This document shows positions 1-9,044 of a stretch of 64,000 nucleotides of DNA, in pieces. The position numbers were made by a program, and so were the translations under genes. Within the stretch, counting starts at the first letter, position 1. The number at the start of each line of letters is the position of its first letter. This DNA comes from Candidatus Omnitrophota bacterium (GTDB taxonomy: Bacteria > Omnitrophota > Gorgyraeia > Zapsychrales > Fredricksoniimonadaceae). Location: positions 7,997 through 71,996 of the forward strand of contig JAYTXU010000063.1 of NCBI GenBank assembly GCA_043742785.1, written 5' to 3'. Below the pieces are notes generated by a model. The model made no database searches. It was not told the origin of the DNA and was given only the letters and a program-made list of their open reading frames with translations.

Positions 1-465
1 ATGAAGGGTTCAGAAAGTCTTTTAGGTAAAGGAGATTTATTATTTATCAGGCCGGGTGATTCGAAGCCTGTCCGTGGTCAATGTTGTTATGTCTCCGATG
101 AAGAAATCAACCGTGTGATTGAACATATTAAAAAACAAGCAACTCCTGAATATAATGAAACTGTTCTTAAGCCTCAGGTAGTGACTGCTGCTGGTAATGG
201 AGCAGGTGAAGACGAAATGTATGATGAAGCAGTAAGAGTGGTTGTTGAAACTAATCAGGCTTCTGTTTCCGTCTTGCAGCGACGTTTAAGGCTTGGCTAT
301 TCGCGTGCCGCTAGACTTATTGATATTATGGAACAAAATGGTATAGTAGGACCTTATGCTGGAAGTAAAGCACGAGACATTCTTGTTGATCGTGAAAAAT
401 GGTTAATAGAAAATATGGGACAAGTAACAAATGACACAGACAAGCCCCAAGAACAGCCCCAATAG
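1..465 (+). CDS. ftsK: DNA translocase FtsK, C-terminal fragment (5' end outside window); the ORF-track Met at 1 is internal
   Basis: Translation ends with a motor-domain tail and a gamma winged-helix region (SVLQRRLRLGYSRAARLIDIMEQNGIVGP) typical of FtsK/SpoIIIE C-termini. Confidence 0.7.
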   Translation: MKGSESLLGKGDLLFIRPGDSKPVRGQCCYVSDEEINRVIEHIKKQATPEYNETVLKPQVVTAAGNGAGEDEMYDEAVRVVVETNQASVSVLQRRLRLGYSRAARLIDIMEQNGIVGPYAGSKARDILVDREKWLIENMGQVTNDTDKPQEQPQ

Positions 466-1300
466 TTCTTTATTAAAAGAGACAAGAATATCTAAAGGTT
501 TGACGTTAGATATTGTTCATGAAGCAACCAAGATCCCAATGGATGTTCTTAAAGCTATTGAAGAAGGTTATTCCATTCGTATTTTGACACCGTTTTATTA
601 TCGCGGATTTGTAAAAATCTATTCTGAATTTCTTGGACTTAAAGTAGCGGATGTTCTAAAAGAATATAATGTACAACCTTCTGAAGTTAAAATAGTTCCT
701 AAATATATCAAGTCAACTCCAAAAGCGGCTGTTCAAACACCCAATGTATTAATAGAACAAACTCAAGAGTTTTGGAGAATTTTATGGACGACAAAGACAA
801 GAAATAATTTATTGCGTATTGCAGCTGCAATAGTAGCTTTGATCGTTTTTGTTAAGGTTGTAGGTTGTGTAGCAGGGGCTATCAAATCAAGGCCAAAGAA
901 TTCAAAGACAGTTGTTTTGCTTAAGAATAATAAGAAGGTCTCTCAGGTTAAGAAGGAACAATTTAAAGAAGAAGCAAGAATAGAAGAGGAAGAACCTGTT
1001 AAGGAAGCTGCTAAAATTATTGTTGCCCAGGCGCAGAATCGTAAGGTGACTCTAGCTGTTCATGCGTCTAAGGATACTTCCATTCAAATTAAAGTAGATG
1101 GAAAGATTGTTTTTCAAATGACTATGAAAAAAGGTACGGTTGAAAATTGGGAAGCTAACAATGAAATTGAACTCTCTGGAAAGAATATAGGAAGTTTAGA
1201 TTTGGAAGTTAATGGTAAGGATATCAGTTCTCTGAGTTCTGCTAACAGGCGAGCAAAGAGTGTGGTAATTACAAAGGATGGACTGACCGTTAAGAAATGA
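431..1300 (+). CDS. rodZ: RodZ-like cytoskeleton protein (N-terminal XRE-type HTH, one TM helix, C-terminal domain); start uncertain, overlaps ftsK stop by 35 nt
   Basis: HTH-like N-terminus (ISKGLTLDIVHEATKIPMDVLKAIEEG), hydrophobic helix LLRIAAAIVALIVFVKVVGCVAGAI, charged K/E-rich linker, C-terminal beta-rich domain. Confidence 0.45.
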   Translation: MTQTSPKNSPNSSLLKETRISKGLTLDIVHEATKIPMDVLKAIEEGYSIRILTPFYYRGFVKIYSEFLGLKVADVLKEYNVQPSEVKIVPKYIKSTPKAAVQTPNVLIEQTQEFWRILWTTKTRNNLLRIAAAIVALIVFVKVVGCVAGAIKSRPKNSKTVVLLKNNKKVSQVKKEQFKEEARIEEEEPVKEAAKIIVAQAQNRKVTLAVHASKDTSIQIKVDGKIVFQMTMKKGTVENWEANNEIELSGKNIGSLDLEVNGKDISSLSSANRRAKSVVITKDGLTVKK

Positions 1301-2595
1301 AAACTACAAGTGATTTTCAAAGAGAGCGTTTAAACGCCGGCCAAAAGGTCGGCGTTATTAATTTAGGGTGTGCCCGTAATTTGGTCGATGCCCAGATGAT
1401 GTTGGGCCGTTTAAAGAAAAACGGTCATCGTATTGTGGATGTCAATCAGGCAGAAACGGTGATTGTGAATACTTGTTCTTTTATTGAAGAGGCTAGAAAA
1501 GAATCAGTTGATACTATTCTTGATTTACTGGAATTAAAGAAGCAGGGAAAGATTAAAAAAGTTATTGTCGCTGGTTGTTTAGCGCAAAGATACGGTAAGG
1601 ATTTAGCAGAAGAATTTAAAGAGGTTGATGCTTTTGTGGGAACGCCAACACTTAAGTCTGATGGCAATTCAGATCAGTTGCAGCTGACCCCTAAACATTT
1701 TGCCTATGTGAAGATTTGTGAAAGTTGTTTCAATGCCTGCTCTTTTTGTGCCATTCCAAAGATTAAGGGTAAATTTATTTCCCGTACGATTGAATCGATA
1801 GTAAAGGAAGTGGAAGCTTTAGATGCTAAGGGCGTTAAGGAAATTAATATTATCGGACAGGATATTACCGCCTATGGGATGGATCTTTATAGACAGAAAT
1901 CTTTAGCTAAACTTTTAAAAGAATTGGTTAAGGTAACTAAGAATGTACAGTGGATTCGTTTGTTGTATGCTTTCCCAGCCCATGTGACTGATGAGTTGAT
2001 TGAGGTGATCGCAAGTGAAGAAAAGATATGCAAGTATATTGATATGCCCCTTCAACATGTGAGTGATCATATTCTAAAAGAGCAAAATAGAAATATTACG
2101 ACTCGGCAAACCTATGATTTAATGAATAAGATTCGAATCAAAATTCCAAATGGATTTATACGCACCACCTATATTGTTGGTATGCCCGGTGAAACCAAGG
2201 AAGATTTTGGGCAGCTAAGAGAATTTAATCAAAAGATGCGTTTTGAAAGGGTGGGTGTTTTTATTTATTCTAAAGAAGAAGACACAAAAGCTGCTTTAAT
2301 GAGTAATCATGTTCCTGAGAGAATTAAGAAAGAACGTTTGGATATTCTCATGCGTGATCAGCAGGAGATTTCTAAAGAGATCCAGCAGTCCTTTGTGGGA
2401 CGTCATTTAAAGGTGCTGATTGAAGAAAAAGAAAAGAATAGTAAGGATACCTTTATTGGACGAAGCGAATGGGACGCTCCAGATGTGGATGGTTTGGTTT
2501 ATGTTCGATCCTCCAAGATATTAAAAGTGGGGGATTTTGTGGATGTGGAAATTACCGATGCCTATGAATATGATTTAGCGGGAGTGGTAATATGA
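1297..2595 (+). CDS. rimO: Radical-SAM methylthiotransferase, RimO/MiaB family (RimO-like)
   Basis: N-terminal MTTase motif INLGCARNLVD...NTCSF; radical SAM CxxxCxxC (CSFCAIPKIKG); C-terminal TRAM-like region; 432 aa; ATGA overlap with upstream gene. Confidence 0.5.
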   Translation: MKTTSDFQRERLNAGQKVGVINLGCARNLVDAQMMLGRLKKNGHRIVDVNQAETVIVNTCSFIEEARKESVDTILDLLELKKQGKIKKVIVAGCLAQRYGKDLAEEFKEVDAFVGTPTLKSDGNSDQLQLTPKHFAYVKICESCFNACSFCAIPKIKGKFISRTIESIVKEVEALDAKGVKEINIIGQDITAYGMDLYRQKSLAKLLKELVKVTKNVQWIRLLYAFPAHVTDELIEVIASEEKICKYIDMPLQHVSDHILKEQNRNITTRQTYDLMNKIRIKIPNGFIRTTYIVGMPGETKEDFGQLREFNQKMRFERVGVFIYSKEEDTKAALMSNHVPERIKKERLDILMRDQQEISKEIQQSFVGRHLKVLIEEKEKNSKDTFIGRSEWDAPDVDGLVYVRSSKILKVGDFVDVEITDAYEYDLAGVVI

Positions 2596-3164
2596 ACCTT
2601 CCTAATATATTGACTTTATCCCGTATTGGTTTTGCGGTTGTTTTAGTGTATTTACTTCTTCTTAATTCTTTAACGGGACATATTTGGGCAGCTATTTTCT
2701 TTGCCGTGGCATCGATCACAGATTTTTATGATGGCTATTTAGCAAAAAGAAATGGACTTATTAGTGATTTTGGAAAGATCATGGATCCCATTGCGGATAA
2801 GGTGCTTATTCTTTCGATCTTTTTTGTACTAGCTTATATGGGAATGTTAGTCTGGTGGATGGTGATTCTCATTGCTTTCCGTGAGATCTGGATCACGGTG
2901 GATCGTCTTTTATCGATGCGTAAAGGTCAGGTTTTGGCAGCCGAACGCGCAGGAAAAATTAAAACCGTTTTTCAAATTGCAACCATCTCAATTATCTTGC
3001 TTTATTTAATTTTAACCCAGGCGTCTATTGCCAGCAACTGGTTTAATCCTATTCAAAATTCTTATCTGCTTGTTATCAAGATCTTTATGATAATGACCGT
3101 TTTTTTGACCATTGGTTCGGGGCTTATTTATTTTCAAAATAAAATAAGGAATTCTTCTATATGA
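2592..3164 (+). CDS. pgsA: CDP-diacylglycerol--glycerol-3-phosphate 3-phosphatidyltransferase
   Basis: CDP-alcohol phosphatidyltransferase motif DGYLAKRNGLISDFGKIMDPIADKV; polytopic membrane protein; overlaps previous stop (ATGA). Confidence 0.8.
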   Translation: MNLPNILTLSRIGFAVVLVYLLLLNSLTGHIWAAIFFAVASITDFYDGYLAKRNGLISDFGKIMDPIADKVLILSIFFVLAYMGMLVWWMVILIAFREIWITVDRLLSMRKGQVLAAERAGKIKTVFQIATISIILLYLILTQASIASNWFNPIQNSYLLVIKIFMIMTVFLTIGSGLIYFQNKIRNSSI

Positions 3165-3613
3165 AGAAATTAGCCATAGCTTTTGGTACAGTTTTAGGGA
3201 TTGGTTTTTTTCCTTTTGCACCAGGGACGGCAGCAACAGCCGCTGGAATTGGTTTGGTGTTCTTACTTCAGCATTCATTGATGGTTTATGTCATTGTTAT
3301 GCTGATACTTTTAATAGTTGCTATTCCTGTTTGCACGTATTTAGAAAAAGAGTTAAATCGAAAAGATCCTGGTATCTTAGTCATCGATGAAGTAGTGGGA
3401 ATTCTGATTGCTTTAATAGGTTTGCCTTTGACATGGTCCGTTGCAATTGTTGGATTCTTCTTGTTTCGGGCCTTTGATATGTTTAAAATATACCCCATTA
3501 ATCGATTCGAAGCCTTGCCTGGTGGTTTAGGAATTATGTTGGATGATGTCATGGCTGGTCTATATACAAATATTATTCTGCATATTGCTGTGCGATATGC
3601 GGGTTTGATTTAA
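3161..3613 (+). CDS. pgpA: Phosphatidylglycerophosphatase A
   Basis: PgpA-like motifs GTVLGIGFFPFAPGTAATAAGI and ILVIDEVVG; 150 aa membrane protein immediately after pgsA (4-nt overlap). Confidence 0.8.
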   Translation: MKKLAIAFGTVLGIGFFPFAPGTAATAAGIGLVFLLQHSLMVYVIVMLILLIVAIPVCTYLEKELNRKDPGILVIDEVVGILIALIGLPLTWSVAIVGFFLFRAFDMFKIYPINRFEALPGGLGIMLDDVMAGLYTNIILHIAVRYAGLI

Positions 3614-3665
3614 TAATGTAGGGGTCCGAGCATACTCGGCCCGTACTCAAGAGAGGAAAAGTAAA

Positions 3666-4454
3666 ATGGAACAACAAAGTTCAAATCCAACACTTAATAG
3701 TGGAATTTTTGCCAAGGCAAGAGCTCAGGTAGGCTCTGGTCAAACCATGACTATTCAGGGAACCGTTAATAAAACGTTTATTCTTTTTGGGATACTCTTA
3801 TTAACAGCTACTTGGAGTTGGAGTTTTGCATCAGGTTCCAATCAGATGCTTGGTAGTAGAGGAGTTTCATCTATGATGGGTGCCAGTGCTGGCATTGCTA
3901 TGATGATCAGCGGTATTCTTGGCCTTATTTTAGCTTTGGCTACTAGTTTTAAGCCAAATTGGTCTCCAATTACGGCGCCCTTGTATGCCGCTTGCGAGGG
4001 AGTGCTTTTAGGAGCTGTTTCATTGGTGTTTGAACGTTCTTATCCAGGGATTGTTTTTCAAGCGGTGGGCTTAACCTTTGCCGCTTTGTTTGTGATGCTG
4101 GTTTCCTATCGTACGGGTTGGATTCAAGCGACCGAAGGTTTCCGTCGAGGATTGATGATAGCTATGATGGCATTAATGGCTTTTTATGCGGTTGTTTGGA
4201 TCGCTGGATTTTTTGGAGTTCATCCGCCAACTTTTATTAATGGAGGCGGCCTTATTGGTATCGGATTCAGTCTTTTTGTAGTGGGCATTGCTACATTAAA
4301 TTTAATTCTGGATTTTGACCTTATTGAACGTGGCTCTCAAGAAGGTTTAGAAAAGTATATGGAATGGTACGGCGGATTTGCTTTGATGGTCACGTTAATT
4401 TGGCTTTATTTTGAAATGTTAAGATTACTTTCTAAATTAAGTCGTCGTGATTAG
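3666..4454 (+). CDS. Bax-inhibitor-1/YccA family 7-TM membrane protein
   Basis: 262 aa with ~7 hydrophobic helices and an N-terminal hydrophilic segment; composition typical of the BI-1/YccA family. Confidence 0.5.
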   Translation: MEQQSSNPTLNSGIFAKARAQVGSGQTMTIQGTVNKTFILFGILLLTATWSWSFASGSNQMLGSRGVSSMMGASAGIAMMISGILGLILALATSFKPNWSPITAPLYAACEGVLLGAVSLVFERSYPGIVFQAVGLTFAALFVMLVSYRTGWIQATEGFRRGLMIAMMALMAFYAVVWIAGFFGVHPPTFINGGGLIGIGFSLFVVGIATLNLILDFDLIERGSQEGLEKYMEWYGGFALMVTLIWLYFEMLRLLSKLSRRD

Positions 4455-4485
4455 AATGAATAATTAGTGCCTGTCACTATTTATA

Positions 4486-4719
4486 TTAGATGGAGATTTT
4501 CTTATTGAGAAAATTAAGAACAGGACTTGTATTTAGCCATAAGTACATTGTTTTATTAACGCGATTGGCTAGATAGGTTTTAGAATAATTGTTAATCCAT
4601 TCCCTAGAAGCTCTTTCATAACCAATATCTTGACCTTCTTTTTCGCTTTGGCACCATTTGTAATTATTAATCTCTTTAATAATTTCTTGATCTTTGAGTA
4701 ATTCAGTAATCCCTGCCAT
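4486..4719 (-). CDS. Small hypothetical protein (77 aa)
   Basis: Strong SD (AAGGAGA) 7 nt upstream of ATG; starts 11 nt after the stop of the upstream minus-strand methyltransferase gene; no recognisable family. Confidence 0.4.
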   Translation of the reverse strand: MAGITELLKDQEIIKEINNYKWCQSEKEGQDIGYERASREWINNYSKTYLANRVNKTMYLWLNTSPVLNFLNKKISI

Positions 4720-4730
4720 TTTGGTCTCCT

Positions 4731-5423
4731 TTATTTCTTTTTCTTTTTGAGTATCTCGTAAACAACATCAATGATGATTAGTAAAGCAGCAAACAGAATT
4801 AAACCATATGTTCTTTCGTTCATAGGCTTATGTTCTAAGAGAATACGGGTTTTTAGATGAAAAGTAATAATAAGAATAGTAATCCAGAAGATGGTTTTAT
4901 ATTCTTTGCTAAAAATAAGTCTTTGTAAATCAAAATGCCATTGCTCTCCTTCAGTGTAGGGGATTAGGGAAGGGAATAAGGACGGAACCTTAGCGCAATA
5001 ATCTTGAAAAGTCTTACCAAATTTCTTTAGCAGCATTCCTTGTTCATCTTTGATGGTTTTTGAGTATATAAATCCTAAGGTGATGAGGAAAATAATTTTA
5101 ACTAGATTTCCAAAGTTATTATCCAGATGGATTAGATTCATATCAAGGTTCAGAATGAACATAAAACCAATGGCGATTAAAAATGTTCCTAGATAAAGGG
5201 GATTGCGTACAAAGGAATACGGGCCGGATGTTGTTAGTTTATCATTTTTGATGGCATATCCGTTGGACCACAGACGAATAAGAAGTCCTGCAATCACATA
5301 GCCGATGCCGGTGCGTAAGGATTGATCATTTACAGATCCAAAAAGTAAAAATAATAAACCAAAAGGATAGATGATAGCAAAACGTGGTTTAAATGATCGC
5401 TCGACACGGTGTTTTAAATTCAT
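4731..5423 (-). CDS. Isoprenylcysteine carboxyl methyltransferase / phospholipid methyltransferase family membrane protein
   Basis: ICMT/PEMT-type C-terminal signature (SGPYSFVRNPLYLGTFLIAIGF) and multiple TM helices. Confidence 0.55.
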   Translation of the reverse strand: MNLKHRVERSFKPRFAIIYPFGLLFLLFGSVNDQSLRTGIGYVIAGLLIRLWSNGYAIKNDKLTTSGPYSFVRNPLYLGTFLIAIGFMFILNLDMNLIHLDNNFGNLVKIIFLITLGFIYSKTIKDEQGMLLKKFGKTFQDYCAKVPSLFPSLIPYTEGEQWHFDLQRLIFSKEYKTIFWITILIITFHLKTRILLEHKPMNERTYGLILFAALLIIIDVVYEILKKKKK

Positions 5424-5481
5424 AGTTTGATATTATACTTTTTTTTAAATAAAAACAAACTAATAATCATTCATTTTTAGC

Positions 5482-5949
5482 TTAGGAGACGGCTTTGATA
5501 AGCATTTCGAGGGCTTTATTAACTGCTTGGGTTTTAATCGAGATTCTGGAACCTTTAAAATGACATTGGGACAGAATTGTTTTCTGTTTGTTGGCTAAGG
5601 CGATAAATACAAGTCCTACTGGTTTATTCTTTGAGCCGCCTGTTGGGCCTGCAATTCCGGTAATTCCAATTCCGAAGTCTGTGTTGAGGATTTTTCGGAC
5701 ATTTTGCGCCATTAATTTGGCGACAGGAAGGCTAACAGCTCCATGTTTCTTGATAATGTTAGGAGAAATTTTTAGCAGATTGACTTTAGCTTTATTATCG
5801 TAGGCAATAATCCCAAGCCAAAAGAAGAGGGAAGAGCCCGGAATGTTGGTGAAACGATTAGCCAATAGTCCTCCCGTACAGGATTCGGCTAAAGCGATTG
5901 TTTGCCCTTTATTTAGAAGAATTTTAGATAGTTTTTGTTCAGCACGCAT
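5482..5949 (-). CDS. pncC: CinA C-terminal domain protein (nicotinamide-nucleotide amidohydrolase PncC-like)
   Basis: CinA_C motif IALAESCTGGLLANRFTNIPGSS, 155 aa. Confidence 0.65.
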   Translation of the reverse strand: MRAEQKLSKILLNKGQTIALAESCTGGLLANRFTNIPGSSLFFWLGIIAYDNKAKVNLLKISPNIIKKHGAVSLPVAKLMAQNVRKILNTDFGIGITGIAGPTGGSKNKPVGLVFIALANKQKTILSQCHFKGSRISIKTQAVNKALEMLIKAVS

Positions 5950-6007
5950 GTTATTTGCTCTAGGTTAGTTATGAAAATTATGGTCATTATAGGTCGGGGG
6001 AAATGCG

Positions 6008-6036
6008 TTGACAAGGGCTATTTTCTGGCATATACT
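6008..6036 (+). promoter_or_regulatory. Sigma70-type promoter of the rib operon: TTGACA (6008-6013), 17-nt spacer, TATACT (6031-6036)
   Basis: Direct read; followed by GGAGGA SD at 6050-6055 and ribBA ATG at 6062. Confidence 0.6.
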
Positions 6037-6061
6037 TTGGTTTTTAATTGGAGGATAAAAC

Positions 6062-7264
6062 ATGTTTAATTCTATTCCCGAAGTTTTAGAAGAACTTAAA
6101 AATGGCCGCATGGTCATTGTTATGGATGATGAAGGTCGTGAAAATGAAGGGGATGTGCTTATTGCAGCAGAGCATATCAATGCAGATGCGATTAATTTTA
6201 TGGCTAAGTACGCTCGTGGCCTTGTTTGTGTGCCTATGGAAGATGCAAGGCTTGCCGAGCTTGATTTACATCCTATGAAGGAAGATGTAAATTCCAAGCA
6301 TCAAAAATGCAACACTGCTTGGACGGTGACCGTAGATTCCGCTTTTGGTGTGACAACCGGTATTTCTGCAGCAGATCGTGCAAAAACCGTTGAAGATTTG
6401 ATTAATCCAAAATCCAAGCCTTCGGATTTTGTGACTCCAGGACATTTATTTCCCTTAAGAGCTCGTCGTGGTGGTGTGTTAGTACGCGCTGGTCATACGG
6501 AAGCATCGGTCGATTTAATGAAATTAGCTGGCCTTTATCCAGCAGGGGTTATCTGTGAAATCATGAATGAAGACGGCACCATGGCTCGTACGAATGATTT
6601 GATTGCCTTTTCTCAAACACATAAAATAAAAATTTGTACAATCGATAGTTTGATTGAATATCGCCGTAAAACTGAGCAGTTAATAGAACGCGTGGCTGAG
6701 TCAGAATTGCCGACTGAGTTTGGTGATTTTCATATGGTGGTTTATGAATCTAAGATTGATGGGGCTGTTCATTTAGCTTTAGTAAAGGGTAAGATTGATG
6801 GGACAACTCCTATATTAGTTCGTGCGCAGTCCGAATGCTTAACAGGAGATGTTTTTGGTTCTCAGCGTTGTGATTGCAATGCTCAGTTAAAAGCCGCGAT
6901 GAAAGGTATTCAAGAGGCTGGTTCTGGTGTTTTGTTATATATTCGTCAGCAGGAAGGTCGTGGTATTGGCTTGGTCAATAAGATTAAAGCCTATGGATTA
7001 CAAGATGACGGCATGGATACCGTTGAAGCTAATCAGGCTTTAGGTTTTCCTGCTGATTTGCGCGATTATGGTTTAGGTGCCCAAATTTTAGTGGATTTAG
7101 GCGTGAAACAAATTCGATTATTGACTAATAATCCCCGTAAAATCGTGGGTCTTGAAGGTTATGGTCTTTCTGTCGTAGAACGTGTACCCATTAAAATAGC
7201 GCATAATCCTAAAAATGAGAAATACCTTAAGACTAAGAAAGAAAAGTTAGGACATCTTTTATAG
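6062..7264 (+). CDS. ribBA: Bifunctional 3,4-dihydroxy-2-butanone-4-phosphate synthase / GTP cyclohydrolase II
   Basis: DHBP synthase N-half ([20 protein letters not shown]) and GTP cyclohydrolase II C-half ([14 protein letters not shown]; [10 protein letters not shown]). Confidence 0.9.
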   Translation: MFNSIPEVLEELKNGRMVIVMDDEGRENEGDVLIAAEHINADAINFMAKYARGLVCVPMEDARLAELDLHPMKEDVNSKHQKCNTAWTVTVDSAFGVTTGISAADRAKTVEDLINPKSKPSDFVTPGHLFPLRARRGGVLVRAGHTEASVDLMKLAGLYPAGVICEIMNEDGTMARTNDLIAFSQTHKIKICTIDSLIEYRRKTEQLIERVAESELPTEFGDFHMVVYESKIDGAVHLALVKGKIDGTTPILVRAQSECLTGDVFGSQRCDCNAQLKAAMKGIQEAGSGVLLYIRQQEGRGIGLVNKIKAYGLQDDGMDTVEANQALGFPADLRDYGLGAQILVDLGVKQIRLLTNNPRKIVGLEGYGLSVVERVPIKIAHNPKNEKYLKTKKEKLGHLL

Positions 7265-7286
7265 TCTTCCGGGCATAGGTATAAAC

Positions 7287-7757
7287 ATGGCTATTAAGAA
7301 AAAACCTAGAAAGACTTTAGTTCCCAAGGTTCATATTGCGATTATCGTTGCTCGATTTAATGATTTCATATCCAAAGCTCTTCTAAACGCATGTTTGATG
7401 GAACTTAAAACTAAAGGGTTAAGGGATAGTCAAATAACAACCCTTTGGGTTCCTGGTTCTTTTGAAATTCCTCTGACTGCTTTAAAATTAGCTCAAAAAA
7501 AGAATATTGATGCTGTTATTTGTTTAGGCGCAGTGATCCGCGGCGATACTTTTCACTTTGAAGTGGTGGCTAATGAAACTTCACGCGGCATCATGGAGGC
7601 ATCGTTACAGACAGGTAAGCCTATTGTGATGGGGGTTCTGACAACGGACACTATCGATCAAGCCAAAAAGAGAGCGCAAGAAAAGGGCGGGTCTAATAAA
7701 GGTCGTGATGCAGCGATTACAGCTTTAGAGATGGTTCATTTATTAAAGAAATTCTAA
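7287..7757 (+). CDS. ribH: 6,7-dimethyl-8-ribityllumazine synthase
   Basis: Lumazine synthase fold signature (VARFNDFI..., GAVIRGDTFHFEVVANE), 156 aa. Confidence 0.85.
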   Translation: MAIKKKPRKTLVPKVHIAIIVARFNDFISKALLNACLMELKTKGLRDSQITTLWVPGSFEIPLTALKLAQKKNIDAVICLGAVIRGDTFHFEVVANETSRGIMEASLQTGKPIVMGVLTTDTIDQAKKRAQEKGGSNKGRDAAITALEMVHLLKKF

Positions 7758-7781
7758 AATATTCTTCTTTGGAAAACTATT

Positions 7782-8204
7782 ATGCGACGTAGAACTTTAT
7801 CACGCGAACATGCATTGAAAATTTTGTATCAAGTAGAGATTACTCATCGAGAATTAGATTTGATTTTGTTAGATTATTGGAAAATGGAAGAGGTTAGTGA
7901 TCAGGAAGTGATGACCTACGCCAAAATAATTGCTCAGGGTGTGTTAAAAGAAATATCTATTCTTGATGAGAAGATTTCTAAATATGCTACCAACTGGCAG
8001 TTAAAACGCATGGCTGTGATTGATCGCAATGTTATGCGTATTGGTCTTTTTGAATTGCAGCATACAACCGATGTTCCTCCTAAGGTTGCTATCAACGAAG
8101 CTGTTGATTTGGCCAAAAAATATGGTGATTTAGAGTCCAGCAAATTCGTCAACGGAATTCTGGATAAGATTCATAAAAAAGAAATCGTTGAACCTCACAA
8201 TTAA
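7782..8204 (+). CDS. nusB: Transcription antitermination factor NusB
   Basis: NusB signature (REHALKILYQVE..., RNVMRIGLFEL..., AINEAVDLAKKYG), 140 aa; classic ribH-nusB adjacency. Confidence 0.85.
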   Translation: MRRRTLSREHALKILYQVEITHRELDLILLDYWKMEEVSDQEVMTYAKIIAQGVLKEISILDEKISKYATNWQLKRMAVIDRNVMRIGLFELQHTTDVPPKVAINEAVDLAKKYGDLESSKFVNGILDKIHKKEIVEPHN

Positions 8205-8207
8205 TTC

Positions 8208-9044
8208 ATGCCTTCTTTTGCTGATTTGCATATTCATACCTATTATTCGGACAGCACGTCTTCTCCTCAAGAGGTGGTTGATCAAGCTGTCAAGAATGGT
8301 TTATCCTGCATTGCTATTACCGATCATGATGTGACCGATGGCATAGCCCCTACTCAGGAAGCTGCCAAGGCTGTTAATCTGGAGGTTATACCGGGAATTG
8401 AATTGTCTTCTGAATTTGAAGGTAAGGATATTCATATTTTAGGGTATTTTATCGATTTTAAGAAAGGCCCCTTAGTTGAAAAGATAGAATCTTATTTAGA
8501 TGAACGCGTTAAGCGTATGAAGCAGATGATCTTCAATTTGCAGTCTTTTGGCATTAAAGATATTTTCTATGAAGAAATTGCAGCGATGACAAAGTCCAGA
8601 GCAGTGGGTCGTGCTCATTTGGCAACCTTGCTTATTCAAAAAGGTCATGTAAGTTCGTTTAAAAATGCTTTTGATAAATATCTGGCTTTGGGACGTCCTG
8701 GGTATGCGCCTAAGTTTAGTCAAACTCCATTTGAAGCGATTGATTTGATTCATCAAAGCGGAGGATTGGCCGTAATGGCTCATCCCATGCTTACCCAAAA
8801 AGATGAATTGATTTCTCGGATGGTTAAGGGCGGGTTGGATGGGCTTGAGGTGTATTATCCTAATTGCATGCCGGTGGTGACTTGTTTTTATGAGAAGATC
8901 GCTCGCAAGAATGGTCTCTTATTGACGGGTGGATCTGATGCGCACGGGGCGGCCAAGGTTTATACCTATGTGGGGAAGGAACAAATTTCTTATGAATTGG
9001 TTGAAAAAATGAAACAGAAATTATCTCATGAAACCATTGTCTAA
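8208..9044 (+). CDS. PHP-domain metal-dependent phosphoesterase (TrpH/YciV-like)
   Basis: N-terminal PHP motif ADLHIHTYYSDS plus later His/Asp motifs (ITDHD, MAHP, GGSDAHG); 3 nt after nusB and overlapping ribD by 17 nt. Confidence 0.7.
   Translation: MPSFADLHIHTYYSDSTSSPQEVVDQAVKNGLSCIAITDHDVTDGIAPTQEAAKAVNLEVIPGIELSSEFEGKDIHILGYFIDFKKGPLVEKIESYLDERVKRMKQMIFNLQSFGIKDIFYEEIAAMTKSRAVGRAHLATLLIQKGHVSSFKNAFDKYLALGRPGYAPKFSQTPFEAIDLIHQSGGLAVMAHPMLTQKDELISRMVKGGLDGLEVYYPNCMPVVTCFYEKIARKNGLLLTGGSDAHGAAKVYTYVGKEQISYELVEKMKQKLSHETIV

Noticed and set aside
5990-6061. FMN riboswitch (RFN element) upstream of the rib operon
   Set aside because: Only ~25 nt separate the -10 hexamer from the ribBA ATG, with no room for the ~140-nt RFN aptamer. 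None of the other rib genes has a long leader either.
5965-6297. 110-aa minus-strand ORF
   Set aside because: Lies antisense across the ribBA start and promoter; low-complexity S/A-rich translation; no RBS. Judged a spurious antisense ORF.
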